From: Candidatus Bathyarchaeota archaeon
Lineage (GTDB): Archaea > Thermoproteota > Bathyarchaeia > Bathyarchaeales > Bathycorpusculaceae
Direction: 5' to 3'
Assembly (NCBI GenBank): GCA_963828195.1
Contig: CAWHDT010000001.1
Location: forward strand, 96,001-160,000
Length of the DNA: 64,000 nt
Shown: piece after piece, positions 1 through 9,029 of the stretch
How positions within the stretch are numbered: the first letter of the stretch is position 1
Layout: each line of letters begins with the position of its first letter
Made by a program: the position numbers and the translations under genes
The notes under the pieces: model-generated
The model's database searches: none
What the model was told of the DNA's origin: nothing
The model's input: only the letters and a program-made list of their open reading frames with translations

Positions 1-334
1 CCACGTAACCATCTCAAACGGCTGCATACTGGGCAACAACGTGTTCATCGCCCCTAACAGTTCACTTCTAAACGACAAGTACCCCAAGAGCTCATTCATG
101 ACACCCCCCATCATCAAAGACAACGTTGCAATCGGCGGAGGCGTCACCATACTGCCAGACGTAACGATAGAGGAGAGCGCTGTGATTGGCGGAGGAAGCG
201 TCGTCACCAAAAACGTTCCGCCGAGAACCGTCTTATCTGGCGTTCCAGCAAAGGTAGTTATGACGTTAAAAGAATATGAAGAAAAACGCGGCAAGTTCAT
301 CACATCAAGGATTGGGTGGATAACGGATAAATGA
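1..334 (+). CDS. Hexapeptide-repeat acyltransferase (sugar N-acetyltransferase-like), 5' truncated by the window edge
   Basis: Left-handed beta-helix repeats IKDNVAIGGGVTILPDVTIEESAVIGGGSVVTKNVP...GVPAK; frame appears open to the window start. Confidence 0.85.
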   Translation, partial: HVTISNGCILGNNVFIAPNSSLLNDKYPKSSFMTPPIIKDNVAIGGGVTILPDVTIEESAVIGGGSVVTKNVPPRTVLSGVPAKVVMTLKEYEEKRGKFITSRIGWITDK

Positions 335-1314
335 AAATATGGTATGACGCCTGCACCGGCAAACATGTCAGGTATGGCACAGCTATTGCACAGCGTCTAA
401 GAAAAGCGGGGCACGAATTTGTTTTTACGACACGTGAGCACCCGGACACCTTGCCTTTGGCTGAGATTCTCGGTGAAAAACCCATCGTAGTGGGCAAATA
501 CAACCCCTCAACGCTTTTTTCGAGGCTGGAAGAGAGCGCTGAACGAATAATAGAGTTTTCTAGGCTCTTTAAAGACGATCCGCCGGACATCGCCATAGCG
601 CATCAATCGGTTGAGCTTTGCCGAACAGCCTTCGGTCTAGGAATCCCAATAATCTTGACAGCCGACACCCCTTACGCCGCAGCCGTTAACAGGCTAACAA
701 TACCGTTCGCGCACACCGTGGTCGTGTCTGAGGCTTTGCCTAAGCGTTTTGTAGCGGAATATTGCGCGAAAAGTTTTGTCCAATTCAAAGGAGTGGACGA
801 GGTTGCCTGGATCAAGGGTTTTAAGCCTTGCAAACTCGAGGAATTAAAGAAGCCCCTGATAGTTATTCGACAAATCGAAGTTAAAGCAGCCTATGCAGGG
901 GGAAAGCTAGACGCGGGTCGAGTCCTTGCAGATAAGCTCGCCAAGTTGGGAAATGTGCGTTTTGTCCAAAGATACAACCCTCAAGGCAAAACGTTCGGAG
1001 TTAAAGAAGGCTTTGTGGATTCAGCAAGTTTGGTCGCGAATGCAGATTTGGTTGTCAGCTACGGAGGAACCATCGCGAGGGAAGCCGCTCTCCAAGGCGT
1101 ACCCAGCATAGCTATTTCGGATATGGCTAAAACCTATGTTAACACGTACCTAACAAAGAAGGGCTTTCCGCTTTTTGCCACAACAGAGCAAGGAGTACTC
1201 AGGTACGCAAAGAAATATCTGGGCAAACGATTTAACGTGGAAAGTGAACTTGCAAAGCTAGAGAACCCGGTTGATGCAATCGAAAAAATCGTTGACAGCC
1301 TCAAGCCTCTGTAA
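331..1314 (+). CDS. DUF354 family protein (GT-B-like)
   Basis: N-terminal MKIWYD...KHVRY and C-terminal GGTIAREAALQGVPSI; overlaps upstream gene by 4 bp. Confidence 0.8.
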   Translation: MKIWYDACTGKHVRYGTAIAQRLRKAGHEFVFTTREHPDTLPLAEILGEKPIVVGKYNPSTLFSRLEESAERIIEFSRLFKDDPPDIAIAHQSVELCRTAFGLGIPIILTADTPYAAAVNRLTIPFAHTVVVSEALPKRFVAEYCAKSFVQFKGVDEVAWIKGFKPCKLEELKKPLIVIRQIEVKAAYAGGKLDAGRVLADKLAKLGNVRFVQRYNPQGKTFGVKEGFVDSASLVANADLVVSYGGTIAREAALQGVPSIAISDMAKTYVNTYLTKKGFPLFATTEQGVLRYAKKYLGKRFNVESELAKLENPVDAIEKIVDSLKPL

Positions 1315-2080
1315 CAACGATTCTGTCTCCAGGTTTCGCATGAAACTTTTCCGCCGCGTTGCCTTGGTTTAGAGCTATCTCCAAGAACCCATGGCTGCCA
1401 ATCAGAGCTAAAGGTTCTTTAAGTTTTGTTTCGCTGTAGGTTTTGCCAAACGTAAGTTTTAGGGAAATATTAGGTAAATCTACGGTGATTTTTTCAGCCG
1501 GTTTCTGAACCAAGGTTTGTTCGGTTATGTTGGTTATTATGTTGCCAAATCCGTCTACGTGAATGACCTCGCCGATCAGAGAGGAATCTGTTTGCTTGAC
1601 TGAGGCAAATTCTGGTTTGGTCACGTCTTTTATTTCTGGTCCAAAATCTTTTGGTTGCGCTCCTTCATCTAAATGAGCTGCCGCCGGCGCAAAAATGTCT
1701 CTGCCGTGGAACGTGCTGGAGATTTTAGCCTGCATAAACGTGTGATTTGTAATTTGGTAAACGTGTACTATGCCCTGATTTTGTGCTGCTAAAATCAAGA
1801 TTCCGTTGTCTGGTCCAACAAAAAGGCTCTGCTTAGTCTGCACTATTACGGCTCGTCTATGCGTGCCAACCCCCGGGTCAACAACTGCCAAGTGAACCGT
1901 GCCCTCTGGAAAATACGGCGCAGCTGACGCCAATATAAAAGCAGCCATTCGAACGTCAAACTTTTCAACTTCGTGTGTTATGTCGATCAACGTTGCTTTT
2001 GGGTTTATAGTTAAAATTACCCCTTTCATCTCAGCAACGTAAGGGTCCTTTAATCCAAAGTCACTAGTCAAAGTTATCAT
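1301..2080 (-). CDS. SAM hydroxide adenosyltransferase / chlorinase-fluorinase family (DUF62)
   Basis: ITLTSDFG, VVDPGVG, GPDNG, STFHGRDIFAP, DGFGNIITN motifs; start placed at ATG 2080, just past the stop of the MoaD-like gene. Confidence 0.92.
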   Translation of the reverse strand: MITLTSDFGLKDPYVAEMKGVILTINPKATLIDITHEVEKFDVRMAAFILASAAPYFPEGTVHLAVVDPGVGTHRRAVIVQTKQSLFVGPDNGILILAAQNQGIVHVYQITNHTFMQAKISSTFHGRDIFAPAAAHLDEGAQPKDFGPEIKDVTKPEFASVKQTDSSLIGEVIHVDGFGNIITNITEQTLVQKPAEKITVDLPNISLKLTFGKTYSETKLKEPLALIGSHGFLEIALNQGNAAEKFHAKPGDRIVVTEA

Positions 2081-2084
2081 TGCG

Positions 2085-2366
2085 TCAACCGCCATGAACA
2101 ACCGGGATAAAGACGATTTCGTCTCCATCATTCAATTTGGTTTCTACGCCGTTTAAAACACTGATTTCCCTGCCATTAATGAGAACCAGAGTGTTTGATC
2201 TTGAATCGCCAAGTGGGTCGCTGAAGGTTTTGTCGAGCAGAGGCATTTCTCGGCTGATTTTTGTTATTAAATCTTTTAGCGAAAGATTTTCTTGGAAGTT
2301 AACTGTTAATTGTGTTTTTCCCGAAATTTGCCGAAGTGCACCGACGAACTTTAACGTAAAGGGCAT
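2085..2366 (-). CDS. MoaD/ThiS/SAMP ubiquitin-like sulfur carrier
   Basis: 93 aa beta-grasp pattern, LVLINGREI...LNDGDEIVFIPVVHGG with C-terminal GG. Confidence 0.9.
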   Translation of the reverse strand: MPFTLKFVGALRQISGKTQLTVNFQENLSLKDLITKISREMPLLDKTFSDPLGDSRSNTLVLINGREISVLNGVETKLNDGDEIVFIPVVHGG

Positions 2367-2433
2367 TTGCTTTCTTACTCAAACCTATAGAATCACTTTG
2401 CGTTAAAATTGTTTCTGCACTTTTTAATTTGAT

Positions 2434-2811
2434 TTAGAAGTTTTGGAATCTTTCTTCTGTTAAAGTCTCCACAATGTCAGTTGCCATTTCAACAATGGAA
2501 TCTGCCTGCTTCATCATCGCGTCACTGTTAACTTCTTCTAACTGCGATATTTGCTGGATGATGCTTTCGAGCTCCATGAGAAAACGCAGAATCGAATCGT
2601 TGGTTATCGGGTTTTTCGTTACTTCTTCGCGAAGCAATATTTCTATGAAAGCGGGTTCGCCTAAACTGTAGTAGATGGCGTTTCTTGCTTTTCGGATTGC
2701 TTCCAAAACCAAACCGGGCGCCATATAAGGTATTTTTCTCGCTGCTTCCAACTCGGCTTTTGCTTCACGCAGGTACCTAAGCGCCCAGCCCTTTCTATAC
2801 CCGTCCATCAT
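2434..2811 (-). CDS. Helical hypothetical protein, HEPN-like
   Basis: WALRYLREAKAELEAAR...EAIRKARNAI resembles HEPN N-terminal helices; start ATG 2811 avoids overlap with eS17. Confidence 0.55.
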   Translation of the reverse strand: MMDGYRKGWALRYLREAKAELEAARKIPYMAPGLVLEAIRKARNAIYYSLGEPAFIEILLREEVTKNPITNDSILRFLMELESIIQQISQLEEVNSDAMMKQADSIVEMATDIVETLTEERFQNF

Positions 2812-2836
2812 GTGGTTTCTTATCCTAAAAGCACTT

Positions 2837-3073
2837 TTACTCTGAGTCGTCGTCTTCTTCCATTTCGGAATCATTCGCGGAGCCAGATTGAGCTAATGCT
2901 AACGTACGCGTTATGTATCCGGCAATCTGATTTCTCACTCGCGTGGTTGTTCCCTGCGTTAAAGAGTCAACTGAACGCTTGTTTTCGTCAAAGTTGGTGG
3001 TAAATTTAGTTGGAAAACGGCTCATGAGCGCTTTGCCTGTTCGTTTAACCTGATCGGTCTTAACTTTTCCCAA
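2837..3073 (-). CDS. rps17e: 30S ribosomal protein S17e (eS17)
   Basis: MGKVKT...FTTNFDENK...RVRNQIAGYITR; acidic C-terminal tail. Confidence 0.95.
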   Translation of the reverse strand: MGKVKTDQVKRTGKALMSRFPTKFTTNFDENKRSVDSLTQGTTTRVRNQIAGYITRTLALAQSGSANDSEMEEDDDSE

Positions 3074-3217
3074 ATTTCAATTCCCCTGGTCATCAATGTT
3101 TTAGTGTCCGACGCTTGAAAACGTAGGAGCAAGTCTCAATAGAGGTGAGGCTTAATTTAAGTTTACGCCTACTAACCGACTTTTAAGCGAACGATAAGTT
3201 TTTTGAGCGGATGAAAT

Positions 3218-3994
3218 TTAGTCAGTTAGGCTTATGTTAAAGAAAACTTGGAAGTTTTTGGCTATTTGCTCGGCAACATCCACATCCTGCATTTTCTTGA
3301 TTTCAGCCACAGCTGCCACCACGCTTCGTATGAATGAAGGCTTAGTTAATTGTCCATTGTAGGGGCTTTTCCAATACGTCACGGGACCATCAGTTTCCGT
3401 TAAAAGGTTCGTCAAAGGCACCTTCTCAATAACCTCGCGGATGCCGCTAGAATAGGTTGCTGGCGGGCCCTCAGAGATAGAATAGCCGTTGTCCACAGCT
3501 TTTTTCAGCGCGGTTATTGGGTAGCTGAACCAATGAAGCAGAACCCCCTTAAGACGATAAGAGGGAAGCATATCTACTATTTTGTCGGTTGTTCCGCGCG
3601 AATGTATAATGGCTGGAAGGTCAAGGGATTCAGCGAGATGAAGCATTTTGTCGAAAACCAGCGTTTGCTTTTCCCATATGGTCTCATACTTGTTGTCTAA
3701 GCCGATTTCACCGATCGCTTTAACGGTGTTTTTGTGTTTTCTGATTAAATCGATAGCTGCTTCAAGTTCGTTTTCCTTAAGAACATTGACATTCGATGGG
3801 TGAATCCCTAAAGCAGGATAGACCAAGTTAGGATATTTTTCGGCTAAGTTAAGGTCGCTTTGGCAAGTTTTAAAATCCATCGAATTCGTAACAAGCGCTG
3901 CTACGCCCGCGTTTTTCGCATCAACTATCAACTCATCAATATGACCAACGTACCCAGCATCTGATAGGTGAACATGCGCGTCGATTAACTTCAT
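3218..3994 (-). CDS. tatD: TatD family DNase
   Basis: IDAHVHL, ALGIHP, AIGEIGLD, IHSR, LTETDGP. Confidence 0.93.
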   Translation of the reverse strand: MKLIDAHVHLSDAGYVGHIDELIVDAKNAGVAALVTNSMDFKTCQSDLNLAEKYPNLVYPALGIHPSNVNVLKENELEAAIDLIRKHKNTVKAIGEIGLDNKYETIWEKQTLVFDKMLHLAESLDLPAIIHSRGTTDKIVDMLPSYRLKGVLLHWFSYPITALKKAVDNGYSISEGPPATYSSGIREVIEKVPLTNLLTETDGPVTYWKSPYNGQLTKPSFIRSVVAAVAEIKKMQDVDVAEQIAKNFQVFFNISLTD

Positions 3995-4182
3995 TTTTCT
4001 CAGCCTATATTCAGGTTGAACGTTTTTATAATTTTCTTTTTCAATAACGCTGTGATTTTAATTTTTTTCCAATTTGTCTCATTATTAGCGCGTATACTAA
4101 TCAAAGATACAGAGTGTTAAATTATGTAAAACAATAAAGTTACATATAAAAAGCAGCTAAATTAAATATTGGTGCTTTTTGA

Positions 4183-4401
4183 ATGAGTGAAAAACAATTT
4201 TATGCAAGCAGCAACCAGATGGTTGCAATAATTCTCGATATTTTAGGAATAATATTAGTGCTTGTTGGAGCAACAATTGCGCGTGCCCATTCAGGTACAG
4301 GAGTAGGCGTTGGCCTATATTGGGTAGGTTTTGTCCTGCTAATTGTGGCTCTGATACTGTTTGTGTGGAACATGAGAAAACCCTCCATGGAAAAGACTTA
4401 G
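4183..4401 (+). CDS. Small two-TM membrane protein
   Basis: Two hydrophobic helices; TATA-like TATAAAA near 4146; T-rich tract after the stop. Confidence 0.65.
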   Translation: MSEKQFYASSNQMVAIILDILGIILVLVGATIARAHSGTGVGVGLYWVGFVLLIVALILFVWNMRKPSMEKT

Positions 4402-4664
4402 CGCAAAATTTTTACAAACAGAAAAAGTTTCTATTTTTTTTCTTTTTGTATTGAGCAATCGCTGATTATTTCATCGGTCTGTAAGATTTTTGAAGACGAA
4501 TTCTTTCATCAGTCAACTTGGAACCTTAGTCTTCTTCCTAAAAATTCAAGGTAAACTTTTTTTTACCTTCAGTAACAGCGTGTTTAGACGCTTTTTGGTT
4601 GTACTTTGAACCGCAAAGCCTAAATATTGCTTTAAAAAGAAAAAGAAGCTAAGGAGTTGTCGTT

Positions 4665-4886
4665 ATGACTGAATTAGAAATAGCTGTAGCTCCCATGCAC
4701 AGATTATGTAAAAAAGCTGGTGCAGATAGGGTTAGCGAAGCAGCAGCAAAGGAACTTGCAAAAGCACTTGAAGAAATAGGCGTTAAAATTGCGAAAGAAG
4801 CATTAGATTACGCCATGCATGCAGGAAGAAAAACCATAAAAGCAGAAGATATAGAAATCGCCGCTAGAAAAGTCATGGGAAAATAG
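4665..4886 (+). CDS. Archaeal histone (HMf family)
   Basis: [19 protein letters not shown]...[15 protein letters not shown]; SD-like AAGGAG upstream. Confidence 0.95.
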   Translation: MTELEIAVAPMHRLCKKAGADRVSEAAAKELAKALEEIGVKIAKEALDYAMHAGRKTIKAEDIEIAARKVMGK

Positions 4887-5017
4887 TAACCTAATAACTC
4901 AAGTTCTCTCTCCCTTTCTTCTTTTTTGTGTGGTTGTTGCCTTTTTGTGGCTTTGAGGTTTCTGGTTGATTTTTTGAGCTTTTTTGGCGTAGTTTTTTGT
5001 TTGTGGGGTTTTGGCTA

Positions 5018-5197
5018 GATTTTTAAGTTGCGACTTTTGCTACGGGAAAGTTGCGACTTTCAGCCTGGGCTGGTTGCGTTTGGGGTTGCTTTTTTGGTTT
5101 AGGCTTGGGTTCTGCTTTTGCGTTGCGACTTTCGGATGGGCGGAATGCGACTTTCAATGTTGGCGGCATTGTCGGTTATGGGCGCCCAGGGTTAACT
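5018..5197. repeat. Dispersed non-coding element, copy 1 (four TGCGACTTT boxes)
   Basis: Boxes at 5029, 5052, 5124, 5146; colinear similarity with 63323-63601. Confidence 0.85.
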
Positions 5198-5285
5198 CTG
5201 CCATGTCTGAAGCCGCAGCTTCTTTTTCGCAGACGAATCTAATCATATAATGAAACGGTAGAATCAAGCTTTTGCCGAGCGAATT

Positions 5286-6038
5286 CTAAGCGGTTGCTGA
5301 GGAGTCCCAGAGGAACTGGAAGTATTCTCGCGCGAAACCTATCAAACCCACATGATTACTCCATATTACGAGGGTTGGTTTATCCTCGCCTAGAAAAAGC
5401 ATGGCTTCTTTGCCGTCAGCAATTATGCCGCCGCCGAACATGTGATCTCTAGTTCGCAACTCACTTAAACCAGAGTATTTTTTTAAGAAAATCCAATCGT
5501 CCTTTGTGCCAGCCGCCATAAGCTTAATCCTGACCGTTTTCTTAAGGCCGCTTCCCAGCAGCGGTTCCGCCATGGCGATGACTGGTTTAGCAAATTCTGG
5601 CGCTGCAATCACGATTTCTTTTGTAGCGTTTTTTAGAACCTCTTCAAGCTTACTTAAAACTGCTTGTTGACCCCGCAGTATCAGCATGTCGGGTCGTTCG
5701 ACGAGTTCTCTTTTTTCGTACAGGGGCTGCAGTTCTTGGGCAACCATGTTTTCCCAGTTCAAGTATTTGTCTTCCAGCCGCAACTTCGTGAACCTCGTCG
5801 CCTCAAGCGGTGGCACGGGGTAGTACTTGAACGGTCGGCTTTCGCTGCTTTTAATCCAGCCTTTTTCTTTGAGCAAATTAAGCACTTCATACATTTTGCT
5901 GTAGGGCACTTTGGCTTCTTGACTTATCTCCATCGCCGTCATTTGTCCACCCTCAAGTAAAACTATGTAGGCGTCAATTTCGTAGGCGTTTAATCCCATT
6001 TCACGTAAAGCGGCCCGAGTGTTCTCGTTAATTGACAT
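5286..6038 (-). CDS. TrmB family transcriptional regulator
   Basis: LREMGLNAYEIDAY...KVPYSKMYEVLNLLKEKGWI...RPFKYYPVPP wHTH plus C-terminal effector domain. Confidence 0.92.
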   Translation of the reverse strand: MSINENTRAALREMGLNAYEIDAYIVLLEGGQMTAMEISQEAKVPYSKMYEVLNLLKEKGWIKSSESRPFKYYPVPPLEATRFTKLRLEDKYLNWENMVAQELQPLYEKRELVERPDMLILRGQQAVLSKLEEVLKNATKEIVIAAPEFAKPVIAMAEPLLGSGLKKTVRIKLMAAGTKDDWIFLKKYSGLSELRTRDHMFGGGIIADGKEAMLFLGEDKPTLVIWSNHVGLIGFAREYFQFLWDSSATA

Positions 6039-6138
6039 CTTTCCCCTCAATCACCTTAGGAATCGTTTGGAAACCTTATTATCAACACAGTGCTCTTAAG
6101 CACTTCGAAAAAAGCTCACATGTAAGAAGGCTAAAAAA

Positions 6139-7629
6139 ATGAAAGATATCAAAACAACAAGAAGCATTTGCCCTGAATGCCTAAAAGCAATAGACGCAAC
6201 CATCTACGAAGACGACGGCAAAGTCTTCATCAAAAAAGAGTGCGCTGAACATGGGGCTTTTCAAGAACTTTACTGGTCAGATTACGACCAGTATATGCGG
6301 GCAGAGAAATTCCGCTACGACGGTGAAGGCATAAGCAATCCCCGAACCGAGAAAAATAAGGGGTGCCCATACGACTGCGGAATTTGCCCAGAACACAAGT
6401 CCCACACTGCCCTAGCAATAATCGATGTCACAAACAGGTGCAACCTCACTTGCCCTATTTGCTTTGCCAATGCAGCTGCTGCGGGATATGTTTATGAACC
6501 AACTAAAGAGCAGATAGTTGGAATGCTGGAGAACCTTCGAGCCACCAAACCAGTGCCAGCCACGGCGCTTCAGTTCTCAGGCGGAGAACCTACGATACGC
6601 AAAGACCTCTTCGACTTCATTCGAAAAGCAAAAGAACTGGGATTCAGCCATGTAGAGGTTAATACGAACGGTCTTCGACTCTCGCAAAGTGTGGAGTACT
6701 GCAAGCAACTCAAAGAGGCAGGAGTCAGCACTATTTATCTGCAGTTTGATGGTTTAACGTCGGATGTTTTCAAGTTTATTCGCGGCGTTGACTTGCTTGA
6801 TATAAAAATGAAGGCAATCGAAAACCTTCGCCAAGCAGGATTCAACAGCATAGTATTAGTCGTCACATTGGTGAAAGGCGTTAATGACAACCAGCTCGGC
6901 GACATAATCAATTTTGCCGTCAAAAACTTCGATGTGGTAAGATGCGTGAACGTTCAACCAGTCAGCCTCTGCGGAAGGCTGCCGCAGAAAGACCGCGAAA
7001 AAATGCGCATCACAATTCCGGACTTCATGAAGGCTGTTGAAGAGCAAACTAACGGGGCAATAAAAGTCTCAGATTTCTACCCAGTGCCTACGGTTGTTCC
7101 AGTTTCGAAAGCGGTCGGCGCTCTAAAAGATAGGCGATATTTAGAGTTCACTGCTCATCCTCATTGCGGTATGGCAACTTATCTTTTAATTGAAAACGGA
7201 AAAATGGTTCCGATCACGCGCTATGGAAACATCGACAAATTCATCGGGGTAATGAACAAAGTCTATGTGACTGCATCAAAAGGAAGCAAAACCAAAGCTA
7301 AACTACGTTTGGTCAGTTCAATGCGGTACATTAAATTTGGTTTTCTAAGAAAATACGTTTTTGGCGTAGTAACCAATGGCGACTACAAATCCCTCGGTGA
7401 TTTACAGAGACAGGCAATTCTGCTTTCAGCCATGCACTTCATGGATCCATATAACTTTGACCTTGAAAGGGTACAGCGCTGCCTAATCCACTACGCGGTA
7501 CCAGACGGACGCATAATTCCATTCTGCACCATGAACTCAATCCATAGAACGGAAGTTGAAAAGAAACTTGGCGTTCCAATCAAAGAATGGAAAGAAAAAC
7601 ATAACGTTGAAATAAGCCAGCCATTCTAG
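6139..7629 (+). CDS. tes: Tetraether lipid synthase (radical SAM, Tes/GDGT-MAS family)
   Basis: TRSICPEC, CAEHG, CPYDCGICPEH, CNLTCPICF radical SAM motif, HPHCG, MDPYNFDLERVQRCLIHY...IPFC. Confidence 0.88.
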   Translation: MKDIKTTRSICPECLKAIDATIYEDDGKVFIKKECAEHGAFQELYWSDYDQYMRAEKFRYDGEGISNPRTEKNKGCPYDCGICPEHKSHTALAIIDVTNRCNLTCPICFANAAAAGYVYEPTKEQIVGMLENLRATKPVPATALQFSGGEPTIRKDLFDFIRKAKELGFSHVEVNTNGLRLSQSVEYCKQLKEAGVSTIYLQFDGLTSDVFKFIRGVDLLDIKMKAIENLRQAGFNSIVLVVTLVKGVNDNQLGDIINFAVKNFDVVRCVNVQPVSLCGRLPQKDREKMRITIPDFMKAVEEQTNGAIKVSDFYPVPTVVPVSKAVGALKDRRYLEFTAHPHCGMATYLLIENGKMVPITRYGNIDKFIGVMNKVYVTASKGSKTKAKLRLVSSMRYIKFGFLRKYVFGVVTNGDYKSLGDLQRQAILLSAMHFMDPYNFDLERVQRCLIHYAVPDGRIIPFCTMNSIHRTEVEKKLGVPIKEWKEKHNVEISQPF

Positions 7630-7654
7630 AAGAACCAAAAGCAAAGTGAAACTT

Positions 7655-7981
7655 ATGGGTGGAAAAAAGAAAGTCGGCCTAAAGCAGATGGAGAAGTCGC
7701 AGGTCAAAGAAGACGAGACTAAAGAAGCAAAGAAGAAAGAAAAAGCGGGACCGCCAAAAGAAAGAAAGTCCATTGGAATAATTGCTCCAGACGCAAAAAA
7801 CGACAAAATCGTCAGCGAAATAAAGAAGATGAACGTTCTAACACCGTACGCTGTATCGACAAAATATAACATTCGAGTTAGCGTAGCCAAAGACTTCTTA
7901 GAGCAACTGGAAGCAAACGGTGCAGTTCAACTCGTTTCTGCAAGCCATAACCTCAAAATCTACAAGCCCGCAGCAAGTTAA
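7655..7981 (+). CDS. rps25e: 30S ribosomal protein S25e (eS25)
   Basis: MGGKKK, Lys-rich N-terminus, VLTPYAVSTKYNIRVSVAKDFL wHTH. Confidence 0.9.
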   Translation: MGGKKKVGLKQMEKSQVKEDETKEAKKKEKAGPPKERKSIGIIAPDAKNDKIVSEIKKMNVLTPYAVSTKYNIRVSVAKDFLEQLEANGAVQLVSASHNLKIYKPAAS

Positions 7982-8036
7982 ACTTGCTAGCAACCAAATA
8001 TTTATTTTAGTTTTATGTAGAGTCGGAGTAGTTTTT

Positions 8037-8519
8037 TTGACGGAATTTCCAGAGAGAGTTTACACAGTTGAAGAAGTAAAAACCGCTAAAGAGCTAGTTG
8101 ACGCAGGCTACAAACATAACCTGACAGTTGAAGGTTCAGAAAAATTTAGAGAAAAAATCAGCCAAACCCTTGAACTCATCAAAACGGCAGGTTACTTCGA
8201 GTTTCTAAGATCATACATTAGGAAAATAATTGAAATCGACGGCATAACTCAACTGCGCGAAACAGAAGTCGCCATCTGGGCAAACAAGTTCGCCGTTGAA
8301 AACCCGGTTGACGCCGCCAGCTTAATCATCCAAAAAGCCTTTCAAATGAAAGAGTACCTGGAAGGTGAACTCTATTATGGCGGCAACGCTGAAAAACGTT
8401 CAGTCAATAAACGCATCGAGTTTCTGCAGGTTTTAAAAGATAAAACCGGCGACGCAGAAGTGAAAGAAGAATGCGAACGGCTGCTTCAAATGTGGAAAGA
8501 GAGTTCATTAGCTTTTTAA
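8037..8519 (+). CDS. Hypothetical protein, possible degenerate zincin-like fold
   Basis: Protein-like ORF from TTG 8037; AASLIIQKAFQ followed by AEKRSVNKRIEFL. Confidence 0.7.
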   Translation: MTEFPERVYTVEEVKTAKELVDAGYKHNLTVEGSEKFREKISQTLELIKTAGYFEFLRSYIRKIIEIDGITQLRETEVAIWANKFAVENPVDAASLIIQKAFQMKEYLEGELYYGGNAEKRSVNKRIEFLQVLKDKTGDAEVKEECERLLQMWKESSLAF

Positions 8520-8923
8520 GCCGTTATCAATTCGACCTTTATTGTTGCTCCACTTTTAACTTGTTTAAAAATTTCCAAGTTACTTGTTATTTTGCCAAGA
8601 ATGCTCACTGGGCTATAGGGCTGTGAATTGCCGTAGAACACGCATAAAGCGCCGCCCATTGGCCAAAAAGCGATTGTGCCTGTTTCCACGGTCGGCTTAG
8701 CTTTTTCTTCGCCCATTTTAATTGGGATTTCAAAATAAACTTCTTCCTTCCATAATGCAGCTCTTCCTTCAACTGGAAGCTTGCGAACAATAAAATCGAT
8801 GGTTCTTGGCGCTAAAAACCTGACTAATTCACCTTCAGCTTCCCCTAAACCCTCTATGACAAACTTGACTTTAATTCGGGAAACGTCGGCTTGAACATCT
8901 GCTTCATTACTCAACTGAGTCAT
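8516..8923 (-). CDS. Cyclophilin-like fold protein
   Basis: APRT...LPVEG...WKEEVYF...GTIAFWPMGGALCVFYG...PYSPVSILGKI. Confidence 0.85.
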   Translation of the reverse strand: MTQLSNEADVQADVSRIKVKFVIEGLGEAEGELVRFLAPRTIDFIVRKLPVEGRAALWKEEVYFEIPIKMGEEKAKPTVETGTIAFWPMGGALCVFYGNSQPYSPVSILGKITSNLEIFKQVKSGATIKVELITA

Positions 8924-9029
8924 TCTCCTTTAAGAAAACCCAATAATCTCTCGGGATAGGCTATTCAATATGCAATGCTCAATTTAACTCTTACAGTTAA
9001 CCACTCCAGGCAAACCAATTTCCCGAGAA

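Noticed and set aside
5018-5197. TGCGACTTT boxes as a CRISPR array or ORB origin
   Set aside because: Repeats are only 9-14 bp with irregular spacing; no cas or cdc6 gene in the window; no ORB-like consensus seen
5011-5250. ORFs 5011-5250, 5051-5242 and 63382-63639 as small Cys/Phe-rich proteins
   Set aside because: They lie in the G/T-skewed repeat; the two copies differ by 1-bp indels, so frame is not conserved
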